Positions 9,801-18,843 of a DNA stretch of 35,918 nt are shown piece after piece. This DNA comes from Fusobacteriota bacterium (lineage in GTDB: Bacteria > Fusobacteriota > Fusobacteriia > Fusobacteriales > JBNJFI01). The notes under the pieces were generated by a model, which did no database searches, was not told the origin of the DNA, and saw nothing but the letters and a program-made list of their open reading frames with translations. The stretch is from assembly GCA_051746725.1 (NCBI GenBank), contig JBNJFI010000010.1, positions 1 through 35,918 on the forward strand, written 5' to 3'. Made by a program: the position numbers and the translations under genes. How positions within the stretch are numbered: the stretch's first letter is position 1; every line of letters starts with the position of its first letter.

Positions 9801-11261
9801 AATTCCTAGATCTTTTTTGAATTTGTTTACCTTTTTTGAATATTCCGCTAACCAAGCATTTAAAGAAGCTTTATCAGTTCTAAGCTCTTCTAACTCATCT
9901 TTTTTGGAATCAACTTCCTCTTTTAATTCTAATTTTTCTTTTTTTAATTCCTCTTTAAGTGAATTTTGCTCATCTTTTTCTTCTTCTAAAAATTCTTCTC
10001 TTAATTCCCAGGTATAACCTAATTCACCCTTTTTTTCTAATAACCTTTTCTTTAATTCAGGATTAGATCTATCCAACATATCTAATTTTTGTTGATATTT
10101 TTTCTTCTCTTGCTCCTCATCTTTTAAGGATTTATACAGCTTAATTCCTTCTAATTGATCTTTCTTTTTAAGGGATAATTTTAATAAATTCTGAATATTT
10201 TCAATATTTTTAATTAGTTTTTCTTTTTCCAATGAGATTTTATCTAATTTAGATCTTTTTTGAAAGATCTTATAACTCTCTTTTTTCCATTTCAGATCAT
10301 TAATATTAGTTTTTATTTTGACTTCTTGTTCTTCTAGTTTTTTAATATTATTTTCAATATTTTTAATATTACTTTCAACTTTTCGTCCAAATCTAGTAAG
10401 CTCAATCTTTTTTGATTCTAATCCCTCTACAAACTCACCTAACTTTTTTACCGTCTCAACTAACTCTTCAGCATCTTCCTTAATTACAGAAAAATCTTTT
10501 ATATTGGCCTTTATTTTAGGCATCTCCAAAAGTTTATTTCTATATTCAGAAAATGCATAAAAGAGCTCTTTTTTTCTGTCTTTATCTTTAAACATCATCT
10601 TTTCAACACTTTTAATTAATAGATTTTCAACTAACTGAACGGAATTTCGACTTTTAGAAAAAAACTCATCTACTCCACCTTCTGATGAGTTAGTCTGTTT
10701 TATGTTTTCCCACTCTTCACTGAGTATTCTATACTGTTTAAGGTAGTTTTGATAATCTCCTATTCTATCAAATATATGAATTCTCTTATCAGAGTGTTCT
10801 CTCAACCATTCCTTATATTCTTGATAAGATATCGGTGTTCTTTTACTAAATAAGTCACTGGATTTAATCAATGGAAGATTAGTAATATCAAAATTAGATT
10901 CTTCATCATAATCAAATATTTAATTAAAATATCTTATAGGTTGATCTCCATAACCAGGTGCAAAACAAAATCCTGTGGCTAAGTAATGTCGCTTTTCATC
11001 ACCTCTATCCAATCCCCATTCAACTACTATATGTCCTGAGTATTTTCCCGATTCAAATAGATCGGAAATTCTCCTCTTTCCCATTTTAGCATTGGGCAAT
11101 ATAACTTGCAATAATAGTTGCACTAAAAGAGATTTACCTCCTCCATTTCCAAGTAGAAATATCGCGTTATCTTCATCTACATTAAAGGTAATATCAGGTA
11201 TCTGTTTTTTATTGTGGTCATATCTAATATTAGCAACCCTTATTCTATTTATTCTCGGCAT
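6885..11261 (-). pseudogene. jetC: Wadjet SMC ATPase JetC interrupted by one in-frame TAA (codon 114, 10920-10922)
   Basis: The N-part has Walker A GNGGGKS. After ...RYFN* the same frame continues IFDYDEESNFDITNLPLIKSS into the 1328-aa ORF, which has long coiled coils, signature WSGGE and Walker B/D-loop ILADNPFG. The intact product would be about 1458 aa. Confidence 0.85.
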
Positions 11262-11262
11262 C

Positions 11263-11985
11263 TTATTCACCACTTTCAGTTAATAGATTTAATATCTTTT
11301 CTTTTCTCTCTGTATGGAAATAATATTTTAAAATCATATGTTCAAATTTTGGTAAAAGACGAATCTCTCTATTTTCTAAAACCTGCACCAACTCCTCTTT
11401 TTCCAAAAATCCCATGATTCTAAGTATAAAACTTATTCTATTATTTCTACCTCGTCGTAAATTTTTTAATTCTTCATCAAAAACTGGAAGATCTTCCCAT
11501 TCCAATATTATTTTTGTTATATTGAGCTCTAAGCTTTTTTCTTGCTGATCTAAAGCCATTTCGCCTAACTCTTTAAACTTATCTATCTGCTCTGTAATCT
11601 TTGACTCTAATTCTTCAATTGGTAAAAACTGTCTTGTAGCCATATTTTGATCTTCACTATTATAAAATTTAGCTAAAAGACATAAGATAGTAAAATACCC
11701 CAGGTAGAGTTCATTATTTGTTCTAAGTCCCATTTCAGATTTTAATTCTTCATTGCTAAATCCCAAAAACCAATTATTAATTCCTGGAGTTAAATATATT
11801 GCGTTACCAAAAGAAAATATTTTGCAATCTGCTTCCTCTTCGATAATTTCCTCGATTATATATCTAACTTCATTTTTCTGATAAGCATATAAATAATCAC
11901 TTTTATCTTCGGGTATAATTCCATTTTTTATTAAATACATAAATATCTTAAACGCCCATTTCATATCTTCAATTGTATATTCCAA
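11263..11985 (-). CDS. jetB: Wadjet subunit JetB (DUF6063-like, MukE/ScpB-type kite)
   Basis: 240 aa, located between a kleisin-sized gene and the SMC gene. FLGFSNEELKSEMG..NNELYLGYFTILCLLAKFY motif. TTG start after SD AGGAGG. Confidence 0.8.
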   Translation of the reverse strand: MEYTIEDMKWAFKIFMYLIKNGIIPEDKSDYLYAYQKNEVRYIIEEIIEEEADCKIFSFGNAIYLTPGINNWFLGFSNEELKSEMGLRTNNELYLGYFTILCLLAKFYNSEDQNMATRQFLPIEELESKITEQIDKFKELGEMALDQQEKSLELNITKIILEWEDLPVFDEELKNLRRGRNNRISFILRIMGFLEKEELVQVLENREIRLLPKFEHMILKYYFHTERKEKILNLLTESGE

Positions 11986-11997
11986 CTCTACCTCCTG

Positions 11998-13524
11998 TTA
12001 TTTTTCCTCTATATAAGAAGCTATTTTATAATCAGATAAAACATATCCTAAATCCAATTTTATTACACTATCCAAAGCTTCCAATTCAAAACCATCTAAT
12101 CTGGCAATCTCTGGGTGCATTTCTGCAACTGAAACAATACTCCAATAAAGATCATCTAAGACAAATCCATTTTCATCATCTAGCTCTATGGGGATTTTAT
12201 CCAGTTGATGTAGTTTTATCAAAAAAGGGTAAAACTCCACTTCTTTTATTAATTCATTATATTTTTTATTATCTGTAGATTTCAAATTATTTAAAACTTC
12301 ACTTAATTTAATAAATTTTCTATCTTTTAGAGGTAAAAGTAAAAGTTCTAAATATCTCTTTACTCTCTTTTTTCTTTCTACTTTACGTTTTTTTTCCTCT
12401 TCTTCCTCCTGTTTTAACCGATCTTGTTGTAGTTCCCACAATTTTTCTTCTGGTGTCTCTTTATTTCTGCTAAATGTCTGTTCTTCAAATATCCTGTTGG
12501 GATTAAAAACTGGATTGATTTTAGCAGAAAATATTGGATCTAAAACTTTTTTGACAATATCTAAACCTTTTTTGTTTCGAACAATTGACTCTAAAATTTC
12601 AGTTTCAAAATTTAATTTCGTATCAAATACATTTAATATCATGCTTTCTATTGTCTCATTCATAAGAGACTCGATTCTAAGTTTATCAGTAAAAAGAGTT
12701 TCGTGCAAAGACATAATATCAATTAATCTGTTTTTTAATTTCATAATCTTATTTGCATCCCTTTTTTGAAAATTATTGCTATAATATTTATTCAAAGCCT
12801 CTTCTACTAAATCTCTTAACTCATAAAATATATTTTTTTCTCTAACTAATTGATTATTAATTTGTTCTAAACTCTTTTCGTATTCTCCTTCTTTAGTTAC
12901 TTCTAATACATCTCTAATAATTCGTTCACGGAGATTTCTTAATTTTTCTTTTTCATTTTTCACTGCTAACTCAAGCTCTTCAACTGTTTGCAAAGCTCCG
13001 TCAAAAACTCCCTTTTCTATTTGTTGCCTTAAATAGAGTTGTGAAATAGAAACCTGCAATTCATTATATATCTCTTTTGTTTTAAAAAGCAGTTCTAAAC
13101 CAGTGGTTGATAATTTTAATTTAACCATCTTATCATTTACTTCATAATCTTCTAACTCTATCAAATTAAATCTATGTGTATCATTTGTCTGAGATTCAAA
13201 ATCATAATACTCTAGTTTATGACTCTTACCATAATTCATTAAGTTTTCCCTGACAATATGGTGCGCAAGTTCCAATCCTTCGTCATAATTTAAATCTTTG
13301 TTGAAATTATCCTTTAACAAATCCTGTAGATAATAGGCAATATTTTGATAAGTACAACTTTTATCCCCCTGTAACATCTTGTCAAATATATATAACATCA
13401 CACTAATTCCCAATTCCATAATAGGATAATCATATTTTCTTTTTTGTTGAAGTTCAAAGATAGGTTTAAATACAGCTATATTTTTTATCCGTTCATTAAA
13501 CCCTTCTAACATATTTCTATTCAT
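11998..13524 (-). CDS. jetA: Wadjet subunit JetA (kleisin-like)
   Basis: 508 aa with GLELLFKTKEI...ISQLYLRQQIEKGVF motif and a coiled-coil middle. Overlaps the jetD stop; assigned largely by operon position. Confidence 0.78.
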   Translation of the reverse strand: MNRNMLEGFNERIKNIAVFKPIFELQQKRKYDYPIMELGISVMLYIFDKMLQGDKSCTYQNIAYYLQDLLKDNFNKDLNYDEGLELAHHIVRENLMNYGKSHKLEYYDFESQTNDTHRFNLIELEDYEVNDKMVKLKLSTTGLELLFKTKEIYNELQVSISQLYLRQQIEKGVFDGALQTVEELELAVKNEKEKLRNLRERIIRDVLEVTKEGEYEKSLEQINNQLVREKNIFYELRDLVEEALNKYYSNNFQKRDANKIMKLKNRLIDIMSLHETLFTDKLRIESLMNETIESMILNVFDTKLNFETEILESIVRNKKGLDIVKKVLDPIFSAKINPVFNPNRIFEEQTFSRNKETPEEKLWELQQDRLKQEEEEEKKRKVERKKRVKRYLELLLLPLKDRKFIKLSEVLNNLKSTDNKKYNELIKEVEFYPFLIKLHQLDKIPIELDDENGFVLDDLYWSIVSVAEMHPEIARLDGFELEALDSVIKLDLGYVLSDYKIASYIEEK

Positions 13525-14596
13525 TTTCTTTTTCTCCTAACCTTTTTAAGATTTCAAAACTCAATCCTTCTTGAGGAATATACTCTCTATTTTTTATTAG
13601 AGAATTAATTTTTAGAGAATCTTTTATATATAAGTCAAAAGCCTTTATTGCTTTTTCATTAATCCTTTGATTTTTCTTAATTTTACCCCTTTTTTGATAA
13701 TTAATCTCCAAAAGTTTATCATAAAAATATCCAAAAGGTTCAATAAAATAATCATATTTTTTATCTAATTTATACCATATCTCTATTCCCACTGGGTCAA
13801 TATCTCCAAAATAATGAAAATAGACTTCTCTAGATTTATAAGTTTCTAATTCCTCAAAAAAAGAAAGACTTTTTAAAATCTTCTTTCCCTCGCCATATAT
13901 AAGCAGATCAAATTCTTTATCATCCCAACAGTTTATTCTAGATTGAAAAAGTTTTTTTAAAGAATAAAAAGTATCTTTATTTTCAACGATAAGTGCATTT
14001 ATTTTAGAAGAATCACTATTATTAGAATAATAAAAAAAAGGTTCATAAGTCTCGTAACATCTCAAATCATCTAAAGTTATTTTCAATCTCTTTAGGATCT
14101 GTCTTCCACTTTTACTAGCCAAAAATTTTTCATCTCCAAATATATCAAAAGACCTTTCATTAATAGCTATATCTAATTTATCTTGATTATCTTTTAAAAA
14201 TTTATCTATCTGTTTTAGCTCTTTTATATCTTTTCTATAAGATCTTATATCCTTAATATAATAATTAATATTAATTTTAGGATGATAAAAACTAAGAAGC
14301 TCTCGTTTCTCCTCTTTGGTAATATCTCTTTTTTGCATTACCTTTCTATATCCATTATATAATTCAGGATTCATACCATTTTTTTTCCAAGATTTTATTG
14401 GTTCTAATACCTTCTCTTTTTCCAGCTCATTTATCATATTATAAAATTCTAAATATCCCTGTTTTTTATAATATTTTTGATCTCCATAACCTTTTTTGAA
14501 TATCTTATTTAATGTTTTCGTTTCTATTCTTTTTCGCTTTCTTTCCTTTATATATCTGAATAATCTTTTTTTTATTATCTTAACTCTATCCTTCAT
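13517..14596 (-). CDS. jetD: Wadjet TOPRIM nuclease JetD (DUF2220-like)
   Basis: NERSFDIFGDEKFL, IVENKDTFYS, LIYGEGKKI, YFGDIDPVG (TOPRIM E and DxD) and YIPQE motifs. Confidence 0.88.
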   Translation of the reverse strand: MKDRVKIIKKRLFRYIKERKRKRIETKTLNKIFKKGYGDQKYYKKQGYLEFYNMINELEKEKVLEPIKSWKKNGMNPELYNGYRKVMQKRDITKEEKRELLSFYHPKININYYIKDIRSYRKDIKELKQIDKFLKDNQDKLDIAINERSFDIFGDEKFLASKSGRQILKRLKITLDDLRCYETYEPFFYYSNNSDSSKINALIVENKDTFYSLKKLFQSRINCWDDKEFDLLIYGEGKKILKSLSFFEELETYKSREVYFHYFGDIDPVGIEIWYKLDKKYDYFIEPFGYFYDKLLEINYQKRGKIKKNQRINEKAIKAFDLYIKDSLKINSLIKNREYIPQEGLSFEILKRLGEKENE

Positions 14597-14689
14597 ATAC
14601 CCTCACTTTAGTTACCTCTATTTATTTAAATTGAACCAATTTTTTAGATAAAAATTTCCTATTTTTAATTGGTATTTTCTTTTATGATA

Positions 14690-14718
14690 ATTGTATCATA
14701 TTAATTATTCAAATGCAA
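14690..14718 (-). promoter_or_regulatory. Putative sigma70 promoter of the Wadjet operon
   Basis: TTGCAT-N17-TACAAT with extended -10 TG, overlapped by the dyad TATGATA-N4-TATCATA (14683-14700). Confidence 0.55.
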
Positions 14719-14804
14719 AATGATATTATCTATATCTAAATAAAATCCCCTTATATATTTCATATTTTTTGATATTAAAATCTATCCTTTATAACTTAAA
14801 AATT

Positions 14805-15929
14805 TCAGAGAATATTATCAGTAAAGTATTCTACTGCCTGAATAATCGCCATTTTTTTTACATTCTTATCTTGGATTTTATCTGTATTATAAAGTCCCAG
14901 AGCACAATAGAGTCCAGTATAATAATGTGGATCCCAGCTTGGATTATAGTATTTGGCAAATAATCTGTGCAGATAACTAACTGTTTTTTTATAATTATCA
15001 TCCAAATTTTTGAAAAGAAAAGGAAGATTTGTTTTGTAATTTTTTAAAGAAAAACCATCTTTAAACTGTTGATAATCTTCTGAAATCTTGGCATTTTTAT
15101 CTACTTTAACAAGTTCTAGCCGCTGATTGTCAATTTGTTTTCCGTCAAAAAAGTTTTCCAAAATAGTATAAGGTGGAATTTTTTCATAAAATGAGCTATC
15201 TTCTAGCATCAAAAAAGTATAGTAGGTAATCATGTGATGCAGATTAACTATTCCATCCCCGGATACTGCTTTTAAGCCTAAGTTTTCCAGTTCCTCATAT
15301 TCAATTTTTTTTACGACTTGATTATTATATTTACCTGTATAACTATAACGGCATAGATACATCACATAGCTTAAAACGGAAGTTGCGGAAACATCTTTAT
15401 GGTGATTTGCTATATCTCTCATCACTGGAAAAAAGCAGCTTATACTGTGTCCCAAACTATCATTAATTCTCTCCATACCAAGACTTATAAGATATTCTTT
15501 TAGCTTATCAGGTTCATTTTTTAAAATTCCAAGCGCATAATAAAAGGCGTTATGGCTGTTTCCGTTATTTATTTCTTCAGCTAGCTTCTCATAAGTTTTT
15601 TCAGTTATTCCTTCTTCCTTATATCCAACAGAATCTGATTCGATATATACAAAGTGTCTTTCTGATAGACCAAAAATAATTACTTTGGCAATCTCCAATT
15701 CAGATTCTTTATCAAAATAATTTTTTTGTGAAAGCTCTCTTAAATAAAGACTCATTTTTACAAAGTGAAAAGAACCATAACGTAGATTGCATTCCATAAC
15801 CATTAAAGGAAGTAAATCTTCAATTAAAAGTTCCAGTGAAAAATCATCATCATCCTTTAATTCATTATAATAATCTTTGACCTCACTTTTTTGATGATTA
15901 ATTATTGCTTTTTTAAGTTGGGAATTCAT
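14805..15929 (-). CDS. Hypothetical helical protein with four spaced His motifs
   Basis: ATG at 15929 after SD GAGGAG, 374 aa. It has its own promoter TTGAAA-N17-TATAAT (16025-16053). Confidence 0.75.
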   Translation of the reverse strand: MNSQLKKAIINHQKSEVKDYYNELKDDDDFSLELLIEDLLPLMVMECNLRYGSFHFVKMSLYLRELSQKNYFDKESELEIAKVIIFGLSERHFVYIESDSVGYKEEGITEKTYEKLAEEINNGNSHNAFYYALGILKNEPDKLKEYLISLGMERINDSLGHSISCFFPVMRDIANHHKDVSATSVLSYVMYLCRYSYTGKYNNQVVKKIEYEELENLGLKAVSGDGIVNLHHMITYYTFLMLEDSSFYEKIPPYTILENFFDGKQIDNQRLELVKVDKNAKISEDYQQFKDGFSLKNYKTNLPFLFKNLDDNYKKTVSYLHRLFAKYYNPSWDPHYYTGLYCALGLYNTDKIQDKNVKKMAIIQAVEYFTDNIL

Positions 15930-16091
15930 AATCTCATCACTCCTCTTTTTATTTTTTGTTTTAATCAAAACTTAACCTGGCAAAAAAGTTTATATTTTTA
16001 TAATTCTTTATTTCTCTATTATAAATTATAACACCTTATTTCTATTATTTCAATAAAAAGAAGAAATGATAGGATCAAGTTTTTCATTTGT

Positions 16092-16120
16092 TTGCACTTA
16101 TACAAAAATTATAGTATAAT
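16092..16120 (+). promoter_or_regulatory. Sigma70 promoter of the oxidoreductase gene
   Basis: TTGCAC-N17-TATAAT directly before SD AAGGAG. Confidence 0.65.
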
Positions 16121-16140
16121 TAAATAAAGGAGATGATTAT

Positions 16141-17190
16141 ATGATAAATGTTGGAATTATTGGATTTGGTATGTCGGGAAAAGTTTTTCATTCCCCTCTT
16201 ATCAACAGTGTAGAGGGTTTTAAAATTTTGAAAATAAGAGAAACAGATAATGATCGAATTTCAGAAATCAATAAACACTATCCCTGGGTAGATATCGTTT
16301 CAGATGTGAAGAATTTGTATAACGATGATAAACTTGACCTTATAGTTGTTGCTACACCTAATGTAGTTCATTTTGACCTCGCAAAACAAGCCTTAGAAGC
16401 TAATAAACATGTAATTGTAGAAAAACCATTTACAGTAGCTTCAAAGGAAGCAGATGAATTAATTGAATTAGCAAATGAAAGAGACAAGATCTTAACTGTT
16501 TTTCAAAACCGAAGATTTGATAGTGACTTTTTAACAGTTAAAAATATTATAGATGGTGGTATGTTGGGAAATTTAGTAGAATATGAAGCACATTTTGATA
16601 GATTCAGAAATTATATTAAAGATAAATGGAAAGAAAGAGATATTCCAGGCGCTGGTATATTATATGATTTAGGAGCTCATTTAATTGATCAAGCTCTCGT
16701 TCTATTTGGAGAGCCTATTGAAATCTTTGCTGATATCAGAAGACAAAGGCCTAATTCAAAAACAGATGATAACTTTGAGATTATATTAAGTTATAAAAAT
16801 TTAAAAGTTAGCTTGAAAGCTGGAATGTTAGTAAAAGAAGAAGAACCTCATTTTGTTTTAAAGGGAACACAGGGAAGTTTTGTAAAATATGGTATGGATC
16901 CACAAGAAGATTTACTTTCAAATGGATACACTCCTCTAAATACTGAAAATTGGGGAGCAGAAAAAAAAGAAAATTGGGGAATTTTAAATACTTCGTACAA
17001 AAATACTGATTTTAGAGGAAATATAAAAAGTATTCCAGGTGATTATTCTTTATTTTATAAAAATGTAAGAGATACCATTCTAGGAAAAGAAGAACTTCTA
17101 GTTAAACCGTCGCAAGCTAGAGATGTAATTAAGATAATAGAATTAGCGCAAAAAAGTAATTTTTCAAAAAAGGTGTTACCATATAAATAA
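16141..17190 (+). CDS. Gfo/Idh/MocA-family oxidoreductase (YdgJ/IolW-like)
   Basis: GIIGFGMSGKVFH Rossmann motif, HVIVEKP, FQNRRFDSDF, LYDLGAHLIDQ and G.FVKYGMDPQE. Confidence 0.92.
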   Translation: MINVGIIGFGMSGKVFHSPLINSVEGFKILKIRETDNDRISEINKHYPWVDIVSDVKNLYNDDKLDLIVVATPNVVHFDLAKQALEANKHVIVEKPFTVASKEADELIELANERDKILTVFQNRRFDSDFLTVKNIIDGGMLGNLVEYEAHFDRFRNYIKDKWKERDIPGAGILYDLGAHLIDQALVLFGEPIEIFADIRRQRPNSKTDDNFEIILSYKNLKVSLKAGMLVKEEEPHFVLKGTQGSFVKYGMDPQEDLLSNGYTPLNTENWGAEKKENWGILNTSYKNTDFRGNIKSIPGDYSLFYKNVRDTILGKEELLVKPSQARDVIKIIELAQKSNFSKKVLPYK

Positions 17191-17206
17191 CTTTACTAAA
17201 AATAAT

Positions 17207-17249
17207 AAAAAGAGCCGAAAAGATTAAAAAATCTTTTTAGCTCTTTTTT
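17207..17249. terminator. Bidirectional intrinsic terminator
   Basis: AAAAAGAGCcgAAAAGAT-loop-ATCTTTTtaGCTCTTTTT between convergent genes. Confidence 0.75.
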
Positions 17250-17273
17250 ATTTATGATTCATTATATTTGTGT

Positions 17274-18539
17274 TTACCGTCCTCTTCCAAAAAAGACAGT
17301 TTTAAAAGTTTTAAAAAATATAATCATGTCTAATATAAAGGTCTGATGTTTTATATAATAGAGATCATATTTCAATTTTTCAAGAGCATCTTCAATGGAA
17401 GCTCCATAAGGATATTTAACTTGAGCCCATCCAGTAAGACCAGGTTTAACTGAATGTCTTATATTATAAAATGGTATCTCTTCCATATAATTGTAACATA
17501 ATTGATCCCACTCCGCTCTAGGTCCTATAAAACTCATTTCACCTTTTATAATGTTAATCAATTGTGGAAGCTCGTCTATTCTAGTTTTTCTCATGAATTT
17601 CCCAAATCTTGTAATCCTATTATCTTTTTCACCTGCATATTTTGAATATTCTTCAGGATTATGTTCTCTCATTGATCTAAATTTTATTATTTTAAAAGGT
17701 TTATTTCCCTGACCTATTCTCTCTTGAATAAAAAAAATGGGTCCCTTGGATTCTAATTTTATAATTATTGCAGATATAATCATTACAGGTATTGCTGGAA
17801 TACTTATTAATATAGTTAATATTATATCAACAACTCTTTTAACCCTTTTTTGAAATTTATCATGTAATATATTAAATCCTCTTTCAAATAAAAACCATTC
17901 TTCATTTATAGCTTTAACTGGAACTTTTTCTTCTAGTTTTTCATAAAAAGTCAAATAATCAAATAGCTCTATTCCATTTAATTTTAAATTTAAAAATTCT
18001 GAAAGATCTTCTTGGCTATAGTCTCTTTTTTCCTTTGTTAATATCACTTTTTTTATCTTCCATTTTTCTAAGATATCTTTTATCTCTTCCATCTTTTCAT
18101 TGCCAGACAAGATATCAGCTATATTATATCTCTTATCATCTTTTAATATTTCTTTTAATATTTCCGCCTTGGCATTTTTTCCAATTAAAATTATATTTCT
18201 GTTTTCTGTGACAAATTCTAGTAAAAAATATTTCAAGATATTTTGTTCTAAAAAAATAGCTCCATATACCAACATTCCAAGTCTATATTCCCAAAATACC
18301 AATGAAATAATAAATAATGCCATATTTATAACAGCAGAACTAATAAACATTTGCTCTTTATAACGACTTTCATTTAAATTAAACACATTTAAAACATAAT
18401 AAACTATAGTAGACAATGATAACATCACATAAAAATATAGATTAAGTGGTTCTCTTATGTATGTGTATATTGCAAAAAAGAAAAATATATTTATAAAAAT
18501 ATATATTGCATTTAATCTTTTACTTTTTAAATAATCCAT
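17274..18539 (-). CDS. Polyprenyl-phosphate glycosyl-1-phosphate transferase (bacterial sugar transferase)
   Basis: Four N-terminal TM segments, then KRVVDI, FKIIKFRSM, TRIDELPQL, GEMSFIGPR, KPGLTGWAQV and YDLYYI motifs. Confidence 0.93.
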   Translation of the reverse strand: MDYLKSKRLNAIYIFINIFFFFAIYTYIREPLNLYFYVMLSLSTIVYYVLNVFNLNESRYKEQMFISSAVINMALFIISLVFWEYRLGMLVYGAIFLEQNILKYFLLEFVTENRNIILIGKNAKAEILKEILKDDKRYNIADILSGNEKMEEIKDILEKWKIKKVILTKEKRDYSQEDLSEFLNLKLNGIELFDYLTFYEKLEEKVPVKAINEEWFLFERGFNILHDKFQKRVKRVVDIILTILISIPAIPVMIISAIIIKLESKGPIFFIQERIGQGNKPFKIIKFRSMREHNPEEYSKYAGEKDNRITRFGKFMRKTRIDELPQLINIIKGEMSFIGPRAEWDQLCYNYMEEIPFYNIRHSVKPGLTGWAQVKYPYGASIEDALEKLKYDLYYIKHQTFILDMIIFFKTFKTVFFGRGR

Positions 18540-18575
18540 GCTCTACTCCCTATTATTTTTTTGAGATTCTTTCTT

Positions 18576-18604
18576 ATTATACTATATTTAAAGCTTTTTT
18601 TCAA
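18576..18604 (-). promoter_or_regulatory. Sigma70 promoter of the sugar transferase gene
   Basis: TTGAAA-N17-TATAAT on the minus strand. Confidence 0.6.
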
Positions 18605-18779
18605 TTATAAATCTTCTTTCTTTCAGAAATTATTATTTATTATATTTACATTTTCTTTTTTTACTCTTTGTGTCTTATATTTAATGCAAAAGATTAATTT
18701 TATTACATTAAAAAAAGATATTGAGTTTTTATATCTCGTTTAACTTAAACTAATAAAATAAAATTATTCTTATATATAA

Positions 18780-18824
18780 ATGAGGCAAAAAAGCTGAGAT
18801 TATATTCAAGCTTTTTTGCCTCAT
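18780..18824 (-). terminator. Hairpin after phoR (probable terminator)
   Basis: ATGAGGCAAAAAAGCT-N13-AGCTTTTTTGCCTCAT, perfect 16-bp arms. Confidence 0.75.
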
Positions 18825-18843
18825 AATATTTACTTTTATTATT

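Noticed and set aside
10920..10922. Stop-codon reassignment or Sec/Pyl recoding
   Set aside because: The codon is TAA, which terminates many genes in this window. Sec uses TGA and Pyl uses TAG.
10920..11273. Independent 117-aa gene or programmed frameshift in jetC
   Set aside because: It is the N-terminal Walker A part of jetC and is in the same frame as the downstream ORF, so the break is a stop codon rather than a frameshift.
18561..18743. 60-aa hydrophobic plus-strand ORF in an intergenic region
   Set aside because: TTG start without SD, low-complexity T-rich sequence, and it overlaps the sugar-transferase promoter on the other strand. A small membrane peptide cannot be fully excluded.
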